DNA from: Pirellulales bacterium
GTDB taxonomy: Bacteria; Planctomycetota; Planctomycetia; Pirellulales; UBA1268
NCBI GenBank assembly: GCA_044368305.1
Contig: JBIPLS010000001.1
Coordinates: 1-59,763 of the forward strand
DNA length: 59,763 bases
Direction of reading: 5' to 3'
Shown here one piece after another: positions 18,794 to 25,621 of this stretch. The translations under genes and the position numbers were made by a program. The notes below the pieces were generated by a model. That model saw nothing but the letters and a program-made list of their open reading frames with translations. It made no database searches and was not told the origin of the DNA. The first letter of the stretch is position 1, and each line of letters starts with the position of its first letter.

Positions 18794-19596
18794 GCCGGCT
18801 CCATGGCGACCGCCGGCTCCCCGGCGAGGCGGGCCTCGTGGATCCGCAGCACCCGCTCCACGACGCCGCGCAGCCGGCCGAGCGGCACCATCGTGGGGCC
18901 GTCGCTGGGGCTCGTGTCGGGGTCGGGATGGGTCTCGAAGAACAGACCGTCGATGCCGACGGCCGCCGCGGCCCGGGCGAGCGGCTCGACGAGCCCGCGA
19001 TCGCCGCCGGTCGATTCGCCGAGGCTGGCGGGCTGCTGCACGGAGTGCGTGGCGTCGAAGATCACCGGCACCCCCAGCGCCCGCATGGCCAGCAGGCCGG
19101 CGAAGTCGTTGACGAGCCGGCCGTAGCCGAAGAACGTGCCCCGCTCGCAGAGCAGGACGTCGCGACATCCTCCCGCGAGGAGCTTGGCGACGACGTGCCG
19201 CATGTCGCCCGGCGCGACGAACTGCCCCTTCTTCACGTTCACCGCCTTGCCGGTCGCGGCAGCGGCGAGCAGCAGATCGGTCTGCCGACAGAGGAACGCC
19301 GGCACCTGGAGCATGTCGCACACCTGCCCCGCCGCGGACGCCTGCTCGGGGAGGTGCACGTCGGTGGTCACCGGCAGCCCGGTGGCCGCCCGGACGCGGT
19401 CGAGCACGGCCAGGCCCTCGTCGATGCCCGGCCCGCGAAAGGCGGCGGCGCTGGTCCGATTGGCCTTGTCGTACGAGGCCTTGAAGACGACCTGCACCGG
19501 CAGCTGCCGGGCGATCTCGGCGAGGACGTCGGCGATCTCGAGGCACAGCGATTCGGCCTCGATGACGCACGGTCCGGCGATCAGCAGCAGCGGCAT
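18790..19596 (-). CDS. kdsA: 3-deoxy-8-phosphooctulonate (KDO-8-P) synthase
   Basis: [10 protein letters not shown] ... [13 protein letters not shown] ... [14 protein letters not shown] ... VNVKKGQF ... FDATHSVQ ... ETHPDP. The first plausible ATG is at 19596; a slightly longer N-terminus cannot be excluded. Confidence 0.92.
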   Translation of the reverse strand: MPLLLIAGPCVIEAESLCLEIADVLAEIARQLPVQVVFKASYDKANRTSAAAFRGPGIDEGLAVLDRVRAATGLPVTTDVHLPEQASAAGQVCDMLQVPAFLCRQTDLLLAAAATGKAVNVKKGQFVAPGDMRHVVAKLLAGGCRDVLLCERGTFFGYGRLVNDFAGLLAMRALGVPVIFDATHSVQQPASLGESTGGDRGLVEPLARAAAAVGIDGLFFETHPDPDTSPSDGPTMVPLGRLRGVVERVLRIHEARLAGEPAVAMEPA

Positions 19597-19774
19597 CCCG
19601 GGGCCGCAACGATGGGGGCCGACGACGGCGGGCAGGCGAGGGCTCACGGGGTGGCTCCGCGGGAAGCGGCACGCCGGAAGCGGCTGCGCCGCAGGCATCA
19701 TACCGGTGCCGATTCGATCGGTCCCGGGCTGCGGGGCGGCGGCGACCTCCCCCGGCCGGAACCCCGGGGCCGGC

Positions 19775-19880
19775 GGAAAGAAAAAGGCGGGGCCTACGAC
19801 CCGACAGGAGCATCCTGTCGTGGGCGGCGGGGTCAGGGGCATGGCGCCCGCGCGCCCGGTATCAAGTCGCAGGCCCCGCC
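19775..19880 (-). promoter_or_regulatory. Structured RNA element: 15-bp closing stem enclosing two hairpins, followed by a U-tract (terminator-like; candidate leader attenuator or sRNA 3' end)
   Basis: The minus-strand RNA is GGCGGGGCCUGCGAC...GUCGUAGGCCCCGCC UUUUUCUUUCC. Internal hairpins are GGCGC-GCGG-GCGCC and CGACAGG-AUGCU-CCUGUCG. One pair is G-U on the minus strand but A-C on the plus strand, which favours a minus-strand transcript. The element lies about 180 nt upstream of the kdsA ATG. Confidence 0.4.
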
Positions 19881-20172
19881 TTCGAATGGTGTTGGCAGTT
19901 CGGGAGGCGGGCGTGCCGAGCCCGGCTGGCCGGCACGATGCCTCACCGCTGCACACCGCGTGCCGAACTGGCCGGCGGGCGAACGAATCCGGCCGCTCCG
20001 CAAAAACCTCGGTTTTCCTGGCCATCGGCGTCGCGGAGACGGCACGCGGGGGCGGCAGTGAAGGCCCCACGGGCGATCGTTTTCGCGGCGCGGCGCCGCA
20101 TTTTGCGGCGCCGCGGCCGGCGCCGTACCCGGCTCCACGGTGGACGAAAACCCCTGGAAATCGTGGCCAGAC

Positions 20173-20202
20173 TTGACGTTCGCGGGGTGCGTGCGCTACT
20201 GT
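20173..20202 (+). promoter_or_regulatory. Candidate sigma-70-type promoter for tRNA-Thr
   Basis: TTGACG (20173-20178), an 18-nt spacer, then TACTGT (20197-20202), about 58 nt upstream of the tRNA 5' end. Motif match only. Confidence 0.3.
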
Positions 20203-20259
20203 GCGGGGTTCCGGTTGCCGGTGACCGCGCCGCCCCTGGGCCGGCCCGCCGCAGGCCGC

Positions 20260-20333
20260 GCCAGCGTAGCTTCAATTGGCAGAGCACCGCATTCGTAATG
20301 CGGGGGTTGCGGGTTCGACTCCCGCCGCTGGCT
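20260..20333 (+). tRNA. tRNA-Thr (anticodon CGU)
   Basis: Hand-folded cloverleaf. Acceptor stem GCCAGCG/CGCTGGC with discriminator T. D arm GCTT-CAATTGGCA-GAGC. Anticodon stem CCGCA/TGCGG with loop TTCGTAA. T arm GCGGG-TTCGACT-CCCGC. 74 nt; CCA is not encoded. Confidence 0.93.
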
Positions 20334-20373
20334 GTTCCCGGATCCATCCGTCTCGCAGGAGATACCCGCGCCC

Positions 20374-21699
20374 ATGATCGCTTCCACCCGCCTCGACGTT
20401 CGTGACATGATCACCGGCAACGGCCCCTTCGGCCCGGCGGAGATCCGCGCCCTGGTCGATGCCCTGGCCGGAGACGCGGCGGCCCACCGGGAGTTGCGGG
20501 CGGCCGTCAAGGAACTGGAGTCGCATGCCGACCGCAGCCCGGCGGCTTCGGTCAAACTCGGCGTCTGCCAGCACCTGCTCGGCCGGTCGCAGGACGCCCT
20601 CGGAACGCTCAAGGCGGGGGACGGCGGGGCCTTGGCGCTGTTCTACCAGGCGCTCGCCCAGGCCGCGGTCGATGCCCACGACAAGGCACGCGAGGCGTTC
20701 GAGGCCGCGAAGAAGGCCGGGTACGACGCCGCGGCGTGCACGGCCGGAATCGCCGAGTCGCTGCGGGCGACGGGCCGCGCCGAAGACGCCCGCCAGGAAC
20801 TGGAGCGGCTGGGGGCCAAGGGAGAGTCGTCCGCAGATTACTGGGCAGCACGGGCCGCCATCCTCGCCGACACCGGCCTGCCGCTGGCCGAGATCGTGGC
20901 CGCCTTCGAGAAGGCCCTGGCCATCGATCCTGGCCATCCCGCCGCGCTGTTCGCCATGGGCCTGATCAACGACCGGCTCGGCAACGACGACGAGGCGGTG
21001 ACCTGCTACGAGCGGTCGCTGAAGCGGTACCCCGCGCGGCTCGGCGCCCTGCTGAACCTCGGCATTCTGTTCGAGGATCGCAACGACTTCGCCCGGGCGC
21101 AGGAGTGCTACCGGCGGATTCTCGAAGCCTACCCGGACCACCCGCGGGCCCGGCTCTTCCTCCGTGACTCGTCCGCCTCGGGCGACCTCCAGCTCGACGA
21201 GCAGGAGCAGAAGCAGCGGGATCGGCTCGATCAGGTGCTGGGCCTGCCGGTCAGCGACTTCGAGCTCTCGGTGCGAAGCCGCAACTGCCTGCAGAAGATG
21301 GGAATCCTCACGCTCGGCGACCTCGCCCGCACGACCGAGGAGGAGATTCTGGCGAGCAAGAACTTCGGCGAGACGAGCCTCGTCGAGATCAAGGAGATGC
21401 TGGCGTCGAAGCAGCTCACGCTCGGCCAATTGGCCCAGCCGGTGGGCTTCGAGGAGGTGGCCGCGCAGCCGCTCGAGGCCACGGCCGACGAGCAGGAGGT
21501 ACACGCCTTGCCGATCGCCGATCTGAGCCTGTCGGTGCGGGCCCGCAAGTGCACGACCAAACTGGGCATCGCGACGATCGGGGATCTGATCCGCAGGACG
21601 GCCGAGGATCTGCTGGAGTGCAAGAACTTCGGCGTCACGAGCCTCAACGAGGTGCGCGAGAAACTGTCGGAGCGGGGTTTGAAGCTCCGCGGCGACTGA
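20374..21699 (+). CDS. TPR-repeat protein with two C-terminal RNA polymerase alpha-subunit CTD-like (helix-hairpin-helix) domains
   Basis: TPR-like helical repeats cover residues about 60-260. They are followed by ELSVRSRNCLQKMGILTLGDLARTTEEEILASKNFGETSLVEIKEML and LSLSVRARKCTTKLGIATIGDLIRRTAEDLLECKNFGVTSLNEVREKL, which closely resemble RpoA CTD. AGGAG lies upstream of the ATG. Confidence 0.85.
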   Translation: MIASTRLDVRDMITGNGPFGPAEIRALVDALAGDAAAHRELRAAVKELESHADRSPAASVKLGVCQHLLGRSQDALGTLKAGDGGALALFYQALAQAAVDAHDKAREAFEAAKKAGYDAAACTAGIAESLRATGRAEDARQELERLGAKGESSADYWAARAAILADTGLPLAEIVAAFEKALAIDPGHPAALFAMGLINDRLGNDDEAVTCYERSLKRYPARLGALLNLGILFEDRNDFARAQECYRRILEAYPDHPRARLFLRDSSASGDLQLDEQEQKQRDRLDQVLGLPVSDFELSVRSRNCLQKMGILTLGDLARTTEEEILASKNFGETSLVEIKEMLASKQLTLGQLAQPVGFEEVAAQPLEATADEQEVHALPIADLSLSVRARKCTTKLGIATIGDLIRRTAEDLLECKNFGVTSLNEVREKLSERGLKLRGD

Positions 21700-21894
21700 C
21701 GGCGATCCCGGGCCGACGCCGCGGCACGTGGCTGGCCTAGGCAGCCTTTCGGCTGGCAGATTTTGCGCAAGGTGCTGTCGCAACGAGACTTGCGTCGAGC
21801 GTCGAGCGGCCTGAAATTTGCTTGACGCCCCGTCTGTCGGTAGGGTTTCTCGGACGGGGACGTTCGTTCCCCGCCCCGCAGAGGACGAGCCCGC

Positions 21895-22995
21895 ATGACG
21901 TCGGCGAGCCTGAAGGACAAACGCGTCCGCGACCTGGCCAGGCTGGCCAAGCAGCACGGCGTCGCCGGCTGGCATTCCATGCGGAAGGATCAGCTCATCA
22001 AGGCGCTCGTGCGCAAGGCGCGAACCGGGCTGCCGGAGGATGGCGGCGAGCGGGTCGCTGCCGGCCGGCCCTCCCCGGCCGCCGTCGAGCCGGCCGTCGA
22101 TCCGCAGGTCGCCCGGCGAATCGCGGAGGCGCGAACGCGGCTGGAGCGGGCCAAGATCCTCGCCACCCGTCCCGAGCCGGGCCGCGCGAACCGGGCCGCA
22201 CGCGATCGCATGGTGCTCATGGTCCGCGGGCCGCACTGGCTGCACGCCTTTTGGGAAGTGACGCCCCGCAGCATCGCGCGGGCGCAGGCGGCTTTGGGCC
22301 AGGAGTGGCACGCCGCCCGGCCGACGCTGCGCGTGCTCCAGCTGGAGAACGCCGTGCAAGCGTCGCCCTCGGAGCGGGTGATCCGCGAGATCACCGTGCA
22401 CGGCGGGGTGAAGAACTGGTTCATCGACGTGCGGGACCCGCTGCGGTGCCGCGTGGAGATCGGCTATCGCACCCCGAGCGGCCGGTTTCACGCCCTGGCG
22501 CGCAGCAACGCCGTGACTACGCCGGCGGCTTCGCAGGGCGACACGCTCGACACCCATTGGGGCGACATGGTCGGCGATTGCGAGCGGATCTACGCCATGA
22601 GCGGCGGTTTCTCGCCCGAGAACGCCAGCCCGGAACTGCAGGAGTTGTTCGAGGAGCGGCTCCGGCGGCCGATGGGACCGCCGGCCACCAAGGCCGTGGC
22701 CGCCGACGCGGAGGATGGGGAGGAACTGCCGGTCGATTTTCAGTTGGAGATCGACGCCGAGATGATCGTCTACGGCGCGACGCGGCCCGACGCCTACGTG
22801 ACCCTGCAGGGCGAGCCGGTCAAGGTTCAGTCGGACGGCACGTTCCGCGTGCGGGTCGAGATGCCCAACAAGCGGCAGGTTCTGCCGATCGTGGCCAGCG
22901 CCCGCGACGGCTCGGCCCGCCAGACCGTGGTGGTGGCGGTCGAGCGGAACACGAAGGCCATGGAACCACATGGCCGCGACCTGGGCGAGTGGTGA
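21895..22995 (+). CDS. Rho_N-like N-terminal domain protein with a DUF4912-like body
   Basis: The N-terminus LKDKRVRDLARLAKQHGVAGWHSMRKDQLIKALV matches the Rho termination factor N-terminal helical motif. The remainder resembles DUF4912 (WLHAFWEV...). GAGGA lies 9-10 nt before the ATG. Confidence 0.7.
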   Translation: MTSASLKDKRVRDLARLAKQHGVAGWHSMRKDQLIKALVRKARTGLPEDGGERVAAGRPSPAAVEPAVDPQVARRIAEARTRLERAKILATRPEPGRANRAARDRMVLMVRGPHWLHAFWEVTPRSIARAQAALGQEWHAARPTLRVLQLENAVQASPSERVIREITVHGGVKNWFIDVRDPLRCRVEIGYRTPSGRFHALARSNAVTTPAASQGDTLDTHWGDMVGDCERIYAMSGGFSPENASPELQELFEERLRRPMGPPATKAVAADAEDGEELPVDFQLEIDAEMIVYGATRPDAYVTLQGEPVKVQSDGTFRVRVEMPNKRQVLPIVASARDGSARQTVVVAVERNTKAMEPHGRDLGEW

Positions 22996-23067
22996 GGGCC
23001 GACGGGCCGCGGACGGCCGCTGGCCCGATTCCCACCGTTCGGACGGAAAGCCGCTAGAATGGTCAGC

Positions 23068-23128
23068 GGAGCGTGAGGCGATACGTTTTCTGCCATGTTC
23101 GTGATGATGTCGACCCATGCCGGTGAGC
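23068..23128 (+). repeat. 61-nt direct repeat, copy 1
   Basis: GGAGCGTGAGGCGATACGTTTTCTGCCATGTTCGTGATGATGTCGACCCATGCCGGTGAGC, identical to 23239-23299. It is visibly less G+C-rich than its surroundings and lies in an intergenic region between convergent genes. Confidence 0.95.
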
Positions 23129-23238
23129 ACCGGCTGCACGCAGGCAGGGCCATCCATGGCCCCTGCCTGCTGGGTCCGTCGGAGCCGAAGCCAAGGTTCG
23201 GCTCGACGGACGAGGGCGTCGCTCCGGCGACGCAGAAG

Positions 23239-23299
23239 GGAGCGTGAGGCGATACGTTTTCTGCCATGTTCGTGATGATGTCGACCCATGCCGGTGAGC
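23239..23299 (+). repeat. 61-nt direct repeat, copy 2
   Basis: Perfect copy of 23068-23128, offset by 171 nt. Confidence 0.95.
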
Positions 23300-23424
23300 T
23301 CTTAACGAGGCTCGTTGGGGGCCGATGATCGGGGTTGCGTGCCCCGCCGGCGGTTTCGGCTTCGGCCGGATCGATCCGGATCGCATGCCCCCCGATCCAG
23401 GCACCCCCGTCTTTATTTCAACGA

Positions 23425-23477
23425 GCTCTCCGCATTACACGACACCACGGCATCGCGGTGGAAAGCGTATCGCCCCG
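23425..23477 (-). repeat. Diverged inverted third copy of the 61-nt repeat
   Basis: The minus strand reads GGGGCGATACGCTTTCCACC...GTCGTGTAATGCGGAGAGC. The core GGCGATACG[T/C]TTTC matches 13 of 14 positions, and the 3' part aligns at roughly 14 of 20 with one gap. It begins 15 nt after the stop of the minus-strand gene at 23492. Confidence 0.55.
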
Positions 23478-23491
23478 CGCTCGCCTGCCGG

Positions 23492-25087
23492 TCACCGGGG
23501 CCGGGGGGCCCGCTTCGCTTCCCTGGCGGCCCAGGCCTCGAAGGCCGCCTGCGGCGTGGCCCGAAACACCTTGGCGAACGAGTCGTCGAACGAGCCCCCC
23601 GCGTCCACGGCCGCGACGATCTGCCTCAACCGGGCACCCGTCGCGATCGCCGACACGAACCCGCCGGCGGCCGTCGTCGCGGCGCCGGGATCCGACCGCC
23701 CGGCCAGGAAATCGGCCGCCGACCCCAGCTTCACGACCGCGGCCGAAACGTCCCGCTTCCACTCCTGGATCAGCGGGGCCTTGGGCGCGACCCGCATCGC
23801 CACCACCCGCGCGGCCCCGCGGGTGAACCATTCCGGAAACATCCGCCCGGCCAGGGCCGCGCCGGCGATCTGCTCGGCGACCAACAGCTCCCGATTCCCG
23901 GCATCGTCGTCGTCGGCCGGCAGCAAGGCCGCCCCGTAGGCCACGTCGCCCACCACGCCGGCGTTGCCGGTGAGCCCCTTGGGCCGCTCGGCGCCGATCA
24001 CGTTCTGCCACAGGGCCGAGTAGTCGTAGGCGTGGCGAAACACGTAGATCACCACGCCGCCCCGGAGCAGCGGCGCGTCGTCCGCCACCAGCTCCTTGCC
24101 CACCCGCCGCGCCAGCGGCCCGGCCGTCGCGGCGAGCTGCTCGATTCGCGCCGCGGGCAGGTTGCCGATCAGGCACACGCCGTCGGCCATCTGCCCCACG
24201 GGCTCCTCGTCGGGAAGCGCCCGGCGCCAGAGCTTGCGGCCGGCCTCGAACCGGAGCCGCTCGAGCTCCGCGGCCGGCATGCCCCGGGCCCGGCCCGCGG
24301 CGACCAGCGTCTCCAGCGGCGTCTTCGCCGCCAGCATGTCCAGCCGCGCCCCTTCGTCGATCCAGCGCTCGATCCGCGCGATCACGTCATCGGCGAGCGG
24401 ATCGGCGTTGAGGGGCATCCGCTGGCCCTGGATCTCGCGGCCGCGCAGCTTGCGGACCAGCAGGCTGGTCGCCCCCTTGCCGGCCGTCACCGCCGCACCG
24501 CCCCGTCCGCCCTCCATGAGGGTCGCCAGGCTGGTCATCCGCAGATTGGATTCCGCATCCTCCGCCCCGTGACAGACGACGCATTCCTTGAGCAGCACGG
24601 GAGCCACGTCCGTCGCGAACGAGACCGCGCCCCGCTCCAGCGGCGTTGCGACGATCGGCGCCGACGGCGGCGGCGGCGCGGTGCCGATCCGGGCCACCTG
24701 GTCGAGTGGGAGCGTCGGGTCGGCGACGTCGCAGCCCGCGCCGGCGTCGATCCACTTGAGCAGCGTGCCCACCTCGGCCGGCGACACCGTGCCGCCGCCA
24801 CGCGGCATGTCGCCCGACAGGATGACCTCGATCAACCGGCTGGCATTGCCTTGACCCGCCTGCACGACGCCGGTCTGCATGAGCCCGGCGTAGGAGGCCA
24901 TCTGGAAGCCCCCCTTGCGGCCCGCGACGTGGCAGCCCCCGCACTTGGCGACGAGGATCGGCGCGACCTGCTTCGCGAACGAAACCGCGGGCCCCGGGGC
25001 CTGGGCCGCGACCGGCGGGCAGCAGCAGGCCGCGAGCATCACGGCCAACGCCCCGGAGGATCGCATGCCGACCGCGCCAGCCTTCAT
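23492..25087 (-). CDS. Secreted c-type cytochrome-domain protein with two CxxCH sites (planctomycete cytochrome C / PSCyt-like)
   Basis: Signal peptide, then FAKQVAPILVAKCGGCHVAGRKGG and FATDVAPVLLKECVVCHGAED, the typical PSCyt1 context. The C-terminal half is of unknown function. Confidence 0.8.
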   Translation of the reverse strand: MKAGAVGMRSSGALAVMLAACCCPPVAAQAPGPAVSFAKQVAPILVAKCGGCHVAGRKGGFQMASYAGLMQTGVVQAGQGNASRLIEVILSGDMPRGGGTVSPAEVGTLLKWIDAGAGCDVADPTLPLDQVARIGTAPPPPSAPIVATPLERGAVSFATDVAPVLLKECVVCHGAEDAESNLRMTSLATLMEGGRGGAAVTAGKGATSLLVRKLRGREIQGQRMPLNADPLADDVIARIERWIDEGARLDMLAAKTPLETLVAAGRARGMPAAELERLRFEAGRKLWRRALPDEEPVGQMADGVCLIGNLPAARIEQLAATAGPLARRVGKELVADDAPLLRGGVVIYVFRHAYDYSALWQNVIGAERPKGLTGNAGVVGDVAYGAALLPADDDDAGNRELLVAEQIAGAALAGRMFPEWFTRGAARVVAMRVAPKAPLIQEWKRDVSAAVVKLGSAADFLAGRSDPGAATTAAGGFVSAIATGARLRQIVAAVDAGGSFDDSFAKVFRATPQAAFEAWAAREAKRAPRPR

Positions 25088-25115
25088 CGTCCGCCCCCCC
25101 TCCCGGCCGCGAGCG

Positions 25116-25457
25116 TCACGATGGCCGTTCCCGCGCGTCCCGCTCGGCCGCGAGCCGCTCCGCGACGAGCCGGTCCACGCGTCGCGACCGTCGGCGGCCG
25201 CGGGGCGGCCCCGGGGCCCGGGGCCGCGGATCCCCGGCCAGGACGGAGGCCGCGGTCACGGCCACCGTGCCGACGATCCCGGTCAGCCAGGCCACGCCGA
25301 CGACGATGCCGATGCGGCCGCACGCCATGGCGCCCGCCGTGTCCCCGAGTTGGCCGAGCAACGCCCCGAGCCCGAGGACGACGGCCAGCAGCACCGGCAG
25401 CACGAGCGTGGCCACCAGGCCCCAGGCCAGCCCGCGTCGCAGACCGTCTCGATTCAT
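25116..25457 (-). CDS. Small two-TM membrane protein (hypothetical)
   Basis: Two hydrophobic helices (LVATLVLPVLLAVVLGLGALLG and IGIVVGVAWLTGIVGTVAVTAASVL). The gene ends 28 nt upstream of the PSCyt gene start. The SD is weak. Confidence 0.45.
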   Translation of the reverse strand: MNRDGLRRGLAWGLVATLVLPVLLAVVLGLGALLGQLGDTAGAMACGRIGIVVGVAWLTGIVGTVAVTAASVLAGDPRPRAPGPPRGRRRSRRVDRLVAERLAAERDARERPS

Positions 25458-25621
25458 CGGCTTCGTGTTCCGGCGGGACGACGGTCGGCCCGATAGCGGC
25501 CGAGCCCGAATTGTCGCGGCCTCGGCCGTTCCCAGTCAAGGAAGGCGATCCGCACGCCACACCGTACAATGCGGGCAGGGCCGCGAACGGAAGCCGCGGC
25601 ATCACAGCCGGAGTTGCACTC

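Noticed and set aside
19597-20259. Possibility that the long intergenic region encodes RNase P RNA, SRP RNA, tmRNA or 6S RNA
   Set aside because: I found no GAGGAAAGUCC / ACAGAACCCGGCUUA (RNase P), no GGAA-capped helix-8 motif with AGCAGC (SRP), and no tRNA-like end with a tag ORF (tmRNA). 6S RNA cannot be judged by eye. The region is kept only as an unassigned structured element.
20260-23000. tRNA-Thr as an integration site for a genomic island
   Set aside because: There is no integrase, no direct repeat of the tRNA 3' end, and no compositional break downstream. The flanking genes look like native planctomycete-type genes.
23095-23247. A 50-codon ORF (MFVMMSTHAGEHRLHAGR...) starting inside repeat copy 1, a 20-codon ORF in copy 2, and the minus-strand His-rich peptide MGRHHHEHGRKR
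   Set aside because: There is no Shine-Dalgarno sequence. The two copies diverge immediately after the repeat. The diverged third copy conserves nucleotides but not any peptide, so an RNA- or DNA-level element is more likely.
20272-23289. 1005-aa minus-strand ORF across the alpha-CTD and DUF4912 genes
   Set aside because: It is antisense to two motif-supported genes and Arg/Pro/Gly-rich. It also runs through the tRNA.
23068-23299. CRISPR array
   Set aside because: There are only two direct copies, the repeat is 61 nt long, the spacer is about 110 nt and highly structured, and there are no cas genes in the window.
23315-25621. Upstream 769 codons of the 1548-aa plus-strand ORF; also 25454..27931 (minus)
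   Set aside because: These are antisense shadows of the PSCyt gene and of the hydrolase gene respectively. The real plus-strand gene starts at 25622 with an SD and a signal peptide.
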